A DNA stretch of 64,000 nt from a virus. Numbering within the stretch: position 1 is the stretch's first letter; each line of letters begins with the position of its first letter. The notes under the pieces are model-generated. The model was given only the letters and a program-made list of their open reading frames with translations. It was not told where the DNA came from and did no database searches. A program made the position numbers and the translations under genes. This document shows, piece after piece, positions 18,280 through 28,153 of the stretch. The stretch spans positions 1 to 64,000 of IMG/VR virus record IMGVR_UViG_3300030110_004856; one strand, 5' to 3'.

Positions 18280-19084
18280 CGGGAAGAAGATACTTTCTAA
18301 CTCTTTCTAGTTTAACCACCTCTTCGGGCAAATCCTCAACCGGATACTCAGTTAGTAAATGGTCTTGGCGTCCGAGCATATCGGTATTGCCGGGTTCCGC
18401 AACAAAATCATCGCACAGCTGTTGAACCTCTGGCTTGTCCCAGATGTAGTATTCGGCGATGTTGCGGAGTTTGGTTTTTCTTCGGTCTGCATCTCCCATC
18501 CAAGAGAAATGCCAGCCAGCATTCCGAACACCAACATAATAATTGTCAGTCGACGCCCGCATCGCCGATAGAGTTCCGAATTCTTTGAGCTTTCCGACTG
18601 TGCTAGCCACACCGCAACGCCAATCAAAGAGTTCACCCTCCGGAGAAACGAGTTGACGATCTGCACGTCCGTAGTGCATGCTCATACTCATTCTAATAAT
18701 CTTATTTTCCTCCATATCGACAGAACGCTTGATTGCTTCGATTGCAGAAGGGTTAGTGATCTCGTCGCAATCAGAACAAATAAAGTAATCGTCATCATCA
18801 AGCATAGAAAGGCCAATGCTGAGAGCATCGCGCTGACCTCTTTCACGAATCCACGGATCTGGAGCTTCCGTAGCGCTTGGAAGCTCAACATGAAGGACTT
18901 GAATCTTTTCTTCTGGTAAACCCAACTCGCGAATAGTCTCCACACAGGAGAACGCTTTTTTGTCTCCACGGTGGGTGCGGTTTGCGTCAGTAATCAGAAA
19001 ACCATCAACGTGGTTCTCCAACGTGCGGACGCGCAGCTCTAGGAGTTCTTTTTCGTTGAAATACGTAAAGCAGTCAACAATCAC
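18257..19084 (-). CDS. GT17-family glycosyltransferase (beta-1,4-GlcNAc transferase-like)
   Basis: IVDCFTYFNEKELLELR, TH.G..K, ERGQR, SDCDEI, GWHFSW. Confidence 0.9.
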   Translation of the reverse strand: MIVDCFTYFNEKELLELRVRTLENHVDGFLITDANRTHRGDKKAFSCVETIRELGLPEEKIQVLHVELPSATEAPDPWIRERGQRDALSIGLSMLDDDDYFICSDCDEITNPSAIEAIKRSVDMEENKIIRMSMSMHYGRADRQLVSPEGELFDWRCGVASTVGKLKEFGTLSAMRASTDNYYVGVRNAGWHFSWMGDADRRKTKLRNIAEYYIWDKPEVQQLCDDFVAEPGNTDMLGRQDHLLTEYPVEDLPEEVVKLERVRKYLLPDDEQDAA

Positions 19085-19108
19085 AAAACGCTTGCTAGTA
19101 GCAACATG

Positions 19109-19330
19109 CTACCTGCGATCCTTCGCTGATGCCAAAAGCTGTCTCTTCATGACTTCTACATCAGCTCTCTCGTCCATGTTGGGATCAAAAGCTTCATTAG
19201 AATCCGCATTCGGCGGAGGAGGTGGGGGTGGTGCACCTGCTTCTTGATCGAGTCCCTGACGGACAAAGTCTCCATAGCGGTTTTCACCACGCATGGAGTT
19301 TTGCATTTGAGAAAGTTGGTTGTAGTTCAT
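19109..19330 (-). CDS. hypothetical protein (poly-Pro)
   Basis: coupled to upstream gene; Pro7 tract. Confidence 0.65.
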   Translation of the reverse strand: MNYNQLSQMQNSMRGENRYGDFVRQGLDQEAGAPPPPPPPNADSNEAFDPNMDERADVEVMKRQLLASAKDRR

Positions 19331-19608
19331 CAGAAAAGAACAACAGCAGAAGTAATGTCACCACCAGAGATGGTTGTGGCACCAACAGGGAGCAGAGGGT
19401 TATTAACAAACCCACCCATAGGAATGAGTTGTCCTTGTCCGTCGTTCAGTTCGATATAAACAACATCGCTATTGTTGCTAGTGATGACGCTGACGCCACG
19501 GCACGTGGAAAAAGTTTTAGGACCGTCAGAGGGAGTCCACCTAAAACCACTTGCATAAGGCAAGGACGCAACCTGCCCGTATACAGTTCCAAAGGCTGGG
19601 ATATCCAT
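19330..19608 (-). CDS. small beta-sandwich protein, possible capsid vertex/spike base
   Basis: 92 aa all-beta pattern 'CRGVSV...VYIEL..G...LLPV'. Confidence 0.45.
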   Translation of the reverse strand: MDIPAFGTVYGQVASLPYASGFRWTPSDGPKTFSTCRGVSVITSNNSDVVYIELNDGQGQLIPMGGFVNNPLLPVGATTISGGDITSAVVLF

Positions 19609-19625
19609 AGCTCAGGAAATAATCA

Positions 19626-19850
19626 TCATTCTACCTCTTTCTCCTTAATCAACAGGTTTAAGTACCACTGAGCTTTTTTTAAGGACTCAACTCCTTGCTT
19701 GTGGTTCTCTCTCCAGATGTACTTTATGCAGTTGGCTTTGCAGTAACCAAAAAACTCTTCATCAGTTAGTGCAGACTTAATCGCATCAATACACTCGATA
19801 CCACCAGCGGTGTAGTGCGATGGGTGGTTGACGTTGTCGACTACGCTCAT
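19626..19850 (-). CDS. DUF3310 protein (T7 gp1.7-like)
   Basis: DNVNHPSHY..GGIECIDAI...N.IKYIWR..HK.G.E.L.KA.WYL. Confidence 0.92.
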   Translation of the reverse strand: MSVVDNVNHPSHYTAGGIECIDAIKSALTDEEFFGYCKANCIKYIWRENHKQGVESLKKAQWYLNLLIKEKEVE

Positions 19851-20719
19851 ACAAACATGTTCTCGGTGGTTATGCAGTCTGCCTGCTTTAGGAGGTTATC
19901 AGAGTATTTTGTATCCAAGTGACGTATCAAACCTTCGTCAGCGATGGTTACCCAATCACCTTTTCGCACCAGAGGCACCACGCGTCTGTGGTCTTGTCCT
20001 TCTTCTAGGTTTTCAAAGGCAATACCCATAGATGAACGATCGGCAATAGGCCAGTTGCGGTGACCAACCATTCGATGGCTGAGTTCAGGGTGAGAACTGA
20101 CCGAAGCAATGTACTCTTCAGCCATTTCTTGATCAAGAATCATCATCCCTGAATAAGGGTTGCCTAGCAGGATGAAACCAAGATACTTCTCGTGCGTAGG
20201 AGTCAAATAAACCTTTGCTTGATGCGGAATGTCGTGCCAAACATTTTCCGTAAGCTCAGTCAAGTTGTACCTTTTGTAGTTGTCAAAAGGAATCTTGAGG
20301 TCCCCGTTTAGTTCGTATCTACAGAACGAGGGTTCTAGGTTTAGTTCTTTCAACATATCTTTGTTCTCCAACCAGTAGTTCAGGTGGTCGGGAGTAAACA
20401 ACATATCGTTTTCAGAGTACATGTAGTAATCGTATGTGCTCTGAGTTACAGCTAACCGTAGAAGATTTTTGTGTGCCCAGCACAAGTGGTAACCGGTATA
20501 GCTAGAAGGAGCGGCAACAATCTCTACGTTCAGTTTTTCGCAGATGTTTGCTTCGATCAAATCACGGAGATCCTCTTGATCTCGCATGTGTTCGTAATCG
20601 ATATAGATAACTACCGTTGTCTGAAAAGGAAATTTCGCATACTCCTTCAGACACTTGAGAAGTGGATCAAAGCGAGACAGAGGGTCGTGGGCAGTAACCA
20701 GAATGAGAAATTTTTTCAT
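19847..20719 (-). CDS. GT-A-fold glycosyltransferase-like protein
   Basis: N-terminal ILVTAH strand; 'YDYYMYSENDML' ExD motif. Confidence 0.65.
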   Translation of the reverse strand: MKKFLILVTAHDPLSRFDPLLKCLKEYAKFPFQTTVVIYIDYEHMRDQEDLRDLIEANICEKLNVEIVAAPSSYTGYHLCWAHKNLLRLAVTQSTYDYYMYSENDMLFTPDHLNYWLENKDMLKELNLEPSFCRYELNGDLKIPFDNYKRYNLTELTENVWHDIPHQAKVYLTPTHEKYLGFILLGNPYSGMMILDQEMAEEYIASVSSHPELSHRMVGHRNWPIADRSSMGIAFENLEEGQDHRRVVPLVRKGDWVTIADEGLIRHLDTKYSDNLLKQADCITTENMFV

Positions 20720-22245
20720 CAGTACTCAACGGAGAATTGACCTCGTTTTTGGAGGAAAGTCATTAACCAAACGTAAGCATCCAACAAGTCATCGTGGCTA
20801 GTTGCACCAATATTGATTAACTGGTCGATAAGCGCCTCAAACTTTCGGTACTTGTTGAAAGTCACCTTTTTGTTCTCCAGAAGACCTAAGGTCCCCCGGA
20901 ACCTAGCAATTTTGTCTCCCCTAAACCCTTTGACTTCGTGGATGTGCAGGTTGTAAAGGCCACGCTCGTTCAAGAGAACTCTTCGTATATCAGCAGCAAG
21001 ACTAGCTTGATACGCTACAGCCTCAACGACGAGGGTTACAGTTGAATATGTAGGCATGTACACACCGTCCTGGAGCACCAGGATGCCCCACTCCACCAAC
21101 ATGTCGCAGAGAAGATCGATTTTTTCTAAATTTCCAATTGAACGGACCTGATGAGCGTCCACGATGTAGTAGTCATCTTTCAATCTTCCCCCTAAAACAA
21201 ATGCGGTGTAGTCAGACGTTTCGTTTTTACTTGCCGAAAGGTCAATGCCCACAGCCAGAGAATCAAACTCTGTGGCAACTTCTCCTTTGACAATGAGATC
21301 AGGAGACAGCACCAAGTCAGAAGACATCACTGCCTGCTGTTGATACTGGTAAGCAAACGCCACAGGATCTAGTTCTTTCTGTTGCAGCAGGTATGTTGCC
21401 GACCACTGACTAGGCCAGTAACTAACAGGCTCACCATCGTTGTCGTAAGTAATAGCTTCTTGGGAAACCTGCTTCCAACCTTTTTGTGGGATGAACATAG
21501 TTTTATGAATATCCAGCGGATGGAATCGGGTGCCGAGACATATCGACCTGCCACCTTCAAACACAATCGGTGCGATAACACTCGACCAGTTATTATTCAT
21601 CTCCTCCCTAATCGAAGGGTTTTTGATATCAGCGCTGGATTTAATAGGGTCATCCACAATGACAAGGTGAGCACGTTTAGACGTAATCGACCCTCTCAGC
21701 CCCGCAGCACGAAGAGTAAATTCTTCATCACCCACTCGACTGATACCTGCATAGTCAAAATCAATTGACCAGCCCACATCACTCTGCATACCCTGGCGGA
21801 GCTGCACTCGCGGAAAAATTTTTCTGAAGGTCGCTGAGTCAATGATCTGCTTGATAATCCGACTCTTCGGAATAGCAGTATTGATGTTGTACGAGCAGTA
21901 GATAATCTGAAGCGGTCTTTTCTGTGTGGTGTGGCGTCCAATAACCCACGCGGTAAATAAGTTCAGAACCGTGCTTTTTGCCGATCCACGGGGAGCCAAA
22001 ATATCTAAGTTGGGTCCGGCTATGTCAAGCAGATATTTATTTGATTCACCAGTAACAAGATGTTTATGCCACTCCAGCATATGTTGTGCTGGTGGTTTAT
22101 CTAGAACAGTACAGAAGGTAAGGAAATCATCCTGTGCTCTAGCAAATACGTTATCTACACCGAAGTTGTCTTCATCGGCATCCACAGCGCGTTGAGCCTT
22201 TAGTCGTAAAGCTCTCCGGTACGCAAAAGTTTCTCTACTCGGCAT
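20719..22245 (-). CDS. terL: terminase large subunit
   Basis: Walker A APRGSAKS, Walker B IVDD, GTRFH, RNase H-like GIDLS..SDYTA and HDDLLDA; probable ATG at 22245. Confidence 0.95.
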   Translation of the reverse strand: MPSRETFAYRRALRLKAQRAVDADEDNFGVDNVFARAQDDFLTFCTVLDKPPAQHMLEWHKHLVTGESNKYLLDIAGPNLDILAPRGSAKSTVLNLFTAWVIGRHTTQKRPLQIIYCSYNINTAIPKSRIIKQIIDSATFRKIFPRVQLRQGMQSDVGWSIDFDYAGISRVGDEEFTLRAAGLRGSITSKRAHLVIVDDPIKSSADIKNPSIREEMNNNWSSVIAPIVFEGGRSICLGTRFHPLDIHKTMFIPQKGWKQVSQEAITYDNDGEPVSYWPSQWSATYLLQQKELDPVAFAYQYQQQAVMSSDLVLSPDLIVKGEVATEFDSLAVGIDLSASKNETSDYTAFVLGGRLKDDYYIVDAHQVRSIGNLEKIDLLCDMLVEWGILVLQDGVYMPTYSTVTLVVEAVAYQASLAADIRRVLLNERGLYNLHIHEVKGFRGDKIARFRGTLGLLENKKVTFNKYRKFEALIDQLINIGATSHDDLLDAYVWLMTFLQKRGQFSVEY

Positions 22246-22289
22246 ATCTAAAAACTGTCTGTATAGTGTTAGGAAGATTCTACTTCTGT

Positions 22290-23462
22290 ATGGCCAAAAT
22301 TCTCTGGTATGGAGATGCAGTTTCTCATACGGGTTTTGCACGTGTAACCCATAGTCTCCTAGAGCACCTCAGCAAAAACCATGAAGTTGTAGTGTTCGGT
22401 ATTAACTATAACGGAGATCCGCACCAATACGATTTTAAAATCTACCCTGCAGCCGGGGTTCATCCTGGTGATCGTTTTGGTTTGGCTCGTTTACCTTCAG
22501 TGGTTGAGGAAGAGAAGCCTGACTTCATTATCGCTGTAAACGATATCTGGATGATCAATCAGGTGTGGGAAAAGATTCATTTCCTGCAACCAACTCTGGG
22601 TTTTAAATTCATACCTTACTTCCCCATTGACTCTGAGCGGTACGTAGATTCTATGCTCAGGTATGTGCAGGACTGGGATTTTTCAGTCACCTTTACAGTC
22701 CAACAAGCACAGCGCATCCAAAATCACAATGTCCAACCGAAGATGTTGGGTGTTCTTCCTCATGGTATTGACGCAGAGAAGTTCTTCCCCATGGATCAGG
22801 AAGAAGCTCGTAGAAAGTTGAGTCTTCCTGCAGGTAAATTCATTGTCCTCAACGCTAATAGAAACCAACCTCGCAAACGAATTGACCTGACAATCCAAGC
22901 ATTTGCTGAGTTTGCTAAGGACAAACCCGACACCATGCTCTATCTGCATATGGGTGAGAAAGATTTGGGATGGAGCGTTCGTGAAATCTTTAACTCAGAA
23001 ATGCAACGACGCGATCTAGACCCAACGAACCGGTTGATTATGACCGCACGGAATATCAACTATATGGCTCCGCCTACCGACGAAACACTAAACTTAATCT
23101 ATAACTCCTGTGACGTTGGTATAAATACAGCAGATGGAGAAGGTTGGGGACTCGTTCCATTCGAGCATGCGTCGTGTAAAAAAGCACAAGTGGTTCCTGA
23201 CCACACGTCTTGTCGAGATATTTGGCGTGGAAGTGGATGTCTAATCGATGTCGCGGCTTGGGTTCGAGATAAAGATCTCAGCGTTGAAAGAGGAATTATC
23301 GACGTTTCTTCTGCCGTCGACCATCTCAACAAGCTTTACAACGACAAGGCATTTAGAGACGAAGTAGCTCAAGAGTGCTACGAAGTTACGCAGAATCCCA
23401 GTTACCGCTGGGATCAGATTGCACTCGGATTTGAAAAAGCAATGGAGGATCTGTCCAAATGA
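22290..23462 (+). CDS. GT-B (GT4-like) glycosyltransferase
   Basis: TGFARV, PHGID, NRNQPRKR, GEGWGLVPFE. Confidence 0.92.
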   Translation: MAKILWYGDAVSHTGFARVTHSLLEHLSKNHEVVVFGINYNGDPHQYDFKIYPAAGVHPGDRFGLARLPSVVEEEKPDFIIAVNDIWMINQVWEKIHFLQPTLGFKFIPYFPIDSERYVDSMLRYVQDWDFSVTFTVQQAQRIQNHNVQPKMLGVLPHGIDAEKFFPMDQEEARRKLSLPAGKFIVLNANRNQPRKRIDLTIQAFAEFAKDKPDTMLYLHMGEKDLGWSVREIFNSEMQRRDLDPTNRLIMTARNINYMAPPTDETLNLIYNSCDVGINTADGEGWGLVPFEHASCKKAQVVPDHTSCRDIWRGSGCLIDVAAWVRDKDLSVERGIIDVSSAVDHLNKLYNDKAFRDEVAQECYEVTQNPSYRWDQIALGFEKAMEDLSK

Positions 23463-24547
23463 GTACTCAACACATTCGATACCACGCCTCGATGAGCAGC
23501 GTGTGCTATCCGTCTAGGGTGCGCATGTATCAACACGGAGGCCCCTGTGTTTACCAGCAAGCTGAGGACCTGGGTGGTGTGTTCACCAGAATTAATCGAG
23601 GACTTCCTTTTCGTTCGGTAGCTAACTTTAGTCCTTGCTTGTTCGAACACGAAGGTCACCAACTAATTGCGTGGCGATCTCAGCCTGAACCATTTGTGTT
23701 CCGGCACGACATGAAGTACTTCTACTACAACAGTGTTCCTACAGATGTCTATGTAGGTGAACTTATTGGTGACGACACAATTGTCGGAGCTAAGAAAGTA
23801 AGAAACAAACCTCACAAATTAAGTTATGAGGACCCAAGACTGTTTCATGACTTTCAGGGAAACCTGATGTGTCAATTCATCACGAGCACTTACGCTTCGC
23901 GTTGGGATAACACCAATCACAAAATGGCAAAAACTCCCAAAGTTTGCGTGGGAGAAATCAATCGTTTTGGTCAGTGTGTAGATGCTTTCTACCCTGAGAT
24001 CGGATTAAACCATACAGATGGTGGCTCAGAGAAAAACTGGTGCTTCTTCCAAGACGACGACAAAACTCGTCTTCTTTATTCGACCGTACCGATTGTCATC
24101 AAGACACCGGGAGAAAAGGAAAAAAGGATCGACTCTTCAGTACTTCAACAGGTGACTGGAGATTTTCCGACTTTCAACTCCACAGCGCCAATCAAAATTG
24201 GAGATGAGTGGCTTGTCTTTTACCACTTTAAGTTCATGGGTAGGGTGCCAGACCAAGAACGACCAATTTTGTTCTACGGATTGAGCTGCTACACGTTAGA
24301 CGAAAAACTTACCAAAATCGTGCGTCACATGCCTGAAGTGATGTTTGAAGGGTCTATGGAAGATGAGCTAATTACGTGGACTGACGTTCAAGGTAATCCA
24401 GTCTCCAAACAACCAGCTTGCATTCTTCCTTTCGGGGCCACGGTAAAAGAAGACGTTCTCAGTCTTTCTCTTGGGGTCAATGATTGCTTTATGGGTATCT
24501 TCCGAATGGAATTAAACAATCTACTTAGTTTGATGGAGAAGGTTTAG
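23459..24547 (+). CDS. five-bladed beta-propeller glycosidase/phosphorylase-like protein (GH130/GH43 clan)
   Basis: NFSP, EDPRLF, EKNW, SLGVND motifs. Confidence 0.7.
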   Translation: MSTQHIRYHASMSSVCYPSRVRMYQHGGPCVYQQAEDLGGVFTRINRGLPFRSVANFSPCLFEHEGHQLIAWRSQPEPFVFRHDMKYFYYNSVPTDVYVGELIGDDTIVGAKKVRNKPHKLSYEDPRLFHDFQGNLMCQFITSTYASRWDNTNHKMAKTPKVCVGEINRFGQCVDAFYPEIGLNHTDGGSEKNWCFFQDDDKTRLLYSTVPIVIKTPGEKEKRIDSSVLQQVTGDFPTFNSTAPIKIGDEWLVFYHFKFMGRVPDQERPILFYGLSCYTLDEKLTKIVRHMPEVMFEGSMEDELITWTDVQGNPVSKQPACILPFGATVKEDVLSLSLGVNDCFMGIFRMELNNLLSLMEKV

Positions 24548-25077
24548 CTCTTCTCCTCTCGTTCGATGGTGCTCCAGATGACGAGTGATGCTTCTTCAAG
24601 CAGAGCCATCATCGCGGGCACATCTTCGAAAGTATTGTTTAGTTCACGAAGACAACGATCAGCGCCAGCCAGTAAGAGACCACGGCGATCAACACCATCA
24701 GTGAGGCTTCTGACCGCTTGGATGTGCGATCTGAGTTCTTTTTGAAGAACGGAAATCTTGGTGGCAGCTGTGGCATGATCAAGCATCCCAGTCAAAGTCA
24801 TTTGACGGACATTCTCGATGTCTACTTTTAATGAGTCAATCTCGATCAGCAGGATCTTTCGCAGATCTTCTTTAGGGTACTTCTCCTGCACGTATGCAGT
24901 CAGATCAGAGATCGATCCTGAGTACCCAGGCTGAAGAAAACGAGCGTAGAGAAATGCCTCGATATCGCTGACGCAATTCTTGCAGTAGAACTTGAATGCG
25001 TCTTTTTGAGTTTTATCGAGAGTATCTAACCACGCGCCAACGGTAGTCGAGTCACCAATAACACTAGTGCTGATCAT
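24544..25077 (-). CDS. hypothetical helical protein (terminase small subunit candidate)
   Basis: 177 aa helical/coiled coil, same strand upstream of TerL; function is a guess. Confidence 0.4.
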   Translation of the reverse strand: MISTSVIGDSTTVGAWLDTLDKTQKDAFKFYCKNCVSDIEAFLYARFLQPGYSGSISDLTAYVQEKYPKEDLRKILLIEIDSLKVDIENVRQMTLTGMLDHATAATKISVLQKELRSHIQAVRSLTDGVDRRGLLLAGADRCLRELNNTFEDVPAMMALLEEASLVIWSTIEREEKS

Positions 25078-25811
25078 GCAAATCTGCTGGTTCCTGCTAG
25101 TGCCAGGTTAACTCCTTGACGACGCAGTGCCATCTGTCGTTTACCTTCAGCTTGGATTCGTGCGAGTGAGCCTAAATCCCTGACTTCCTGTAGTTTGATG
25201 TCGTTGTTTAGCTGCTGAGATTTAAGAGCCATATTCCCTTTCGCGTCAGCTCGGGTGTCAAAAACATCACCGATAGTATATGCCTGATCAAGGGCAGCGT
25301 TAAGCTTGCCCATTTCTTCATTCTTCCTCAAACCAATATTCGTTTCAGCTGCTTCCTTATACAGGTCCATTTCATTAGCTAGGGCTGCACTGCCTGCTTC
25401 GTACTCAAACTTTGGCTTGAGTTTTTCAACTTGCAAACGTGCATCAGCAGTATCTCCCAGAAGCTGGATGCCACGCTGTGTCAAACCTCCAGCTTCTTGT
25501 CCCAGCAGACCCGTGGCACTCTGCGACCGATTAGCAGCTTCAGCCAACTGTGTGAGCTGACCGCTGCTAATCAGATTGCCTCGTTGCCCTAAAGCTCCGC
25601 TATAGGCACCGGTCAAGGAAGCTAAACCTTGTGCAGCAGCAGTTAGAGGAGCATTAGCAGCCGCTGCAGCAGAAGCATATTGCTGCAAATAGAGTGCAGT
25701 ATTTGGGTCCATTCCCCCAGAACTCCCACCGGAGGATCTACTTCCACCGCCAAAAAGACTGCCGACAAGAGGAGCAGCAACGGATAATGCGGGACCGAGC
25801 CAAGCAGCCAT
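25074..25811 (-). CDS. putative ejection/DNA pilot protein
   Basis: N-terminal 'WLGPALSVAAPLVGSLFGGG' then Ala/Gln-rich coiled coil. Confidence 0.6.
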   Translation of the reverse strand: MAAWLGPALSVAAPLVGSLFGGGSRSSGGSSGGMDPNTALYLQQYASAAAAANAPLTAAAQGLASLTGAYSGALGQRGNLISSGQLTQLAEAANRSQSATGLLGQEAGGLTQRGIQLLGDTADARLQVEKLKPKFEYEAGSAALANEMDLYKEAAETNIGLRKNEEMGKLNAALDQAYTIGDVFDTRADAKGNMALKSQQLNNDIKLQEVRDLGSLARIQAEGKRQMALRRQGVNLALAGTSRFA

Positions 25812-25817
25812 GACTAA

Positions 25818-26624
25818 TTAGCGAATAGGGGGAAGAACAGAAGCGCCAGGTTTAAACGCACCAGCACCAGCCTGAACAACTGGAGAAAGAGCACTCAAAG
25901 TGCCTGCATTAGGCACACTGGACGTGTAAGCAATCTGTGCAAGGCTTTGAGCGATAGCCGTGTTAGCTCTAATCGTTTCTTGCTCGATTGCTTTCCACGC
26001 ATTAATGCGAGAAATACTTTCTTGCCGTCTGCTGTTTTCCCTAGTTCTTTCTTCGATGCTTTCTAGCACCTGCTGATTGACTGCCAGCTTGGCGTCTCTT
26101 TGTCGTGCTGTAGCAGCGTCTAGGTACGCTGGGGAGTTAACAGTATCAAACTGGTCACGTCGATCTCTCGCCAGTCCAACAAGGGTCTCAAGATAACCAT
26201 CAAGGTTAGTAGGGTCACTTACTTGGCCACTCTGAAACGCAGTAGTTCCAGTGTTGGAGTTGGTGGTGTTTACGTTGGGGTTTGAAGGAGGGTCGTTTTG
26301 ACTTGAGTTGTCGCTTACAGGAGGAGTTGTGTCGCCACCACCGTCGTTATTTGAACCACCACCCAGTGCATTCATTGCTGCATAAGTTCCTCCTACACCA
26401 ACTCCCAACGGAAGAGCGGTTGTAGCAAGTCCCTTTAGTGCTTGAAGTGTTCTGTTTTGCGCAGGTTGAATTGTTCTAGTTGCTTGATCCAGCAACGCTC
26501 CCATAAGTTCATCAACCTTCTCTGGTCCTACGGCATTACGAAATCCTTTGGCAACTTGAGCAGCACCGTCAGGATTCTTAATTGCTGCCCTTGTTAAATC
26601 GCCAATTATTCTTCTGACAGTCAT
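25818..26624 (-). CDS. putative internal virion/ejection protein
   Basis: glycine-rich hydrophobic helix, coiled coil, ends AFKPGASVL. Confidence 0.6.
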   Translation of the reverse strand: MTVRRIIGDLTRAAIKNPDGAAQVAKGFRNAVGPEKVDELMGALLDQATRTIQPAQNRTLQALKGLATTALPLGVGVGGTYAAMNALGGGSNNDGGGDTTPPVSDNSSQNDPPSNPNVNTTNSNTGTTAFQSGQVSDPTNLDGYLETLVGLARDRRDQFDTVNSPAYLDAATARQRDAKLAVNQQVLESIEERTRENSRRQESISRINAWKAIEQETIRANTAIAQSLAQIAYTSSVPNAGTLSALSPVVQAGAGAFKPGASVLPPIR

Positions 26625-27145
26625 TAGATTACTTGCCCCACAGCTGAATCTGCATTAACTCTAGCGTTACTGAGGATATCCCCAATAACTTGACCTAGAA
26701 GCTCATCACCAGACTTAACGACTGTGGCCGTACCTTGAGCAATAGCAGGGTTAGTAGCCTGCATAACGCCCAGTTCACCCAGAGCGATTTCGCCAGTACG
26801 AGTTTCTCTTAGTGCTTCTAGGTTTTTTTGAAATCGATTATCGATCAATTCGCGTGGATCAATTTCAGTACCACCCTCGCTGAGTCCTATTTTTTGCAGA
26901 ATTTTATTTAAAGCATTCGAAAGAAGTGCTTGTTGATAAATAGCTGCTTCCTGTGAAGGCGAAACAGTGTACTTACCAGCTGTAGTGTTCCCTGCTTGAA
27001 GTGCTTGATTAGGAGAAGCAACAGCAGATTGGACTCCGCCCAAAACGGGACCAAGCAATTTTTCCAGCAGAGCGAACGTCGCAGCTGTTTTAAAACCTGT
27101 ATTGATGGCACCACCGGCCATCGGTAGTAATCCAGGAGCAGCCAT
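26624..27145 (-). CDS. putative internal virion protein
   Basis: Ala/Gly-rich amphipathic helices; coupled operon. Confidence 0.55.
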   Translation of the reverse strand: MAAPGLLPMAGGAINTGFKTAATFALLEKLLGPVLGGVQSAVASPNQALQAGNTTAGKYTVSPSQEAAIYQQALLSNALNKILQKIGLSEGGTEIDPRELIDNRFQKNLEALRETRTGEIALGELGVMQATNPAIAQGTATVVKSGDELLGQVIGDILSNARVNADSAVGQVI

Positions 27146-27378
27146 TAGAAACCTCCAGGGTTGTCGTAGGTGGTGCCTTGGCGAGGCTTCTTCATGTATT
27201 TTAGACTATTCTCTTTGTCTTGAGTAGGAGGTGTCAAAGCCTCCTTTTGTTGTTTAGAAGGATGAGATCCGGTCTCTACAAAGTTAGACAACAGATAACG
27301 ACGAAGAAACTCACCCGGATTTACCTCAGGTGCCCCTCTTCTTACATCTCTCTCACGCAGTTGCTTAGCTCGATCCAT
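27145..27378 (-). CDS. hypothetical protein
   Basis: coupled ORF, 77 aa. Confidence 0.65.
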   Translation of the reverse strand: MDRAKQLRERDVRRGAPEVNPGEFLRRYLLSNFVETGSHPSKQQKEALTPPTQDKENSLKYMKKPRQGTTYDNPGGF

Positions 27379-27379
27379 T

Positions 27380-27901
27380 TCAACTCAGTTGTTGGAATTG
27401 AACAGAAGGAGGAATCATGTTGCTGCCGGGGGCATTCAACATGGAGTAGTTGTCACCAAGGTTGGGATAATCACATTCAGCCGGTCTCTGTGAAGAGAGC
27501 TGATCCATGTGCTGATTCTGGTTTTGCTGGATGTAAGAAAGCAGATGCATAATTGCATCGACCGCCCCAGGTTGGTCTCCAACCATTTCCAAAAGTTGCA
27601 GAATTTCTGGGTCCAGCTCAGGGGTTGCGTCAGTACGCATCCGTGAAGCCAGATACTGGCGCTCCATCGGATGGTTGTTGTCGGGATACCCATTCAAAGA
27701 GTGGGTGGCACCAGTGTTTTGCATACCCTGGTTATCCATCCCTGGCGGAGGAGGAGTGCCACCACGGCCAAATTCCCGCAACACCATAGCGACCATGGGT
27801 GCAGCAGCCGCTCTTTCCGCATCGTTCTGGGGAATTGGTGCGCCTAAGGCACGTGCTGCTAGTTCGTATTCAGCAGGAGAAAACACCAGACCCCATTGCA
27901 A
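27380..27901 (-). CDS. hypothetical protein
   Basis: coupled ORF; start may be GTG at 27886. Confidence 0.65.
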   Translation of the reverse strand: MQWGLVFSPAEYELAARALGAPIPQNDAERAAAAPMVAMVLREFGRGGTPPPPGMDNQGMQNTGATHSLNGYPDNNHPMERQYLASRMRTDATPELDPEILQLLEMVGDQPGAVDAIMHLLSYIQQNQNQHMDQLSSQRPAECDYPNLGDNYSMLNAPGSNMIPPSVQFQQLS

Positions 27902-28148
27902 CTTCTCCTTCCATCATACCTTTAATAAACAAAAGGTCGCCAGGTTGACATTCAAGATACAAACAGATCTTCTCTAGAACGTCAGGAGAAGGAATGTACT
28001 TTTCGTCAGTGTATATTTTGCGTGTGGTCGTCGGAGACAAGTCCGCCGCTTTACTCAACGCAAAAGATGAAAGCCCTTTACCCTCCAACAGACTCTTGAG
28101 GTTGTTGAACAGTCTGCCTTGGGTGGGGTAAGAAGAGTAGAAAGGCAT
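27870..28148 (-). CDS. XRE/Cro-C1 HTH regulator
   Basis: LKSLLEGKGLSSFALSKAADLSPTT...LEKICLYLECQPGDLL. Confidence 0.9.
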   Translation of the reverse strand: MPFYSSYPTQGRLFNNLKSLLEGKGLSSFALSKAADLSPTTTRKIYTDEKYIPSPDVLEKICLYLECQPGDLLFIKGMMEGEVAMGSGVFSC

Positions 28149-28153
28149 TAACC

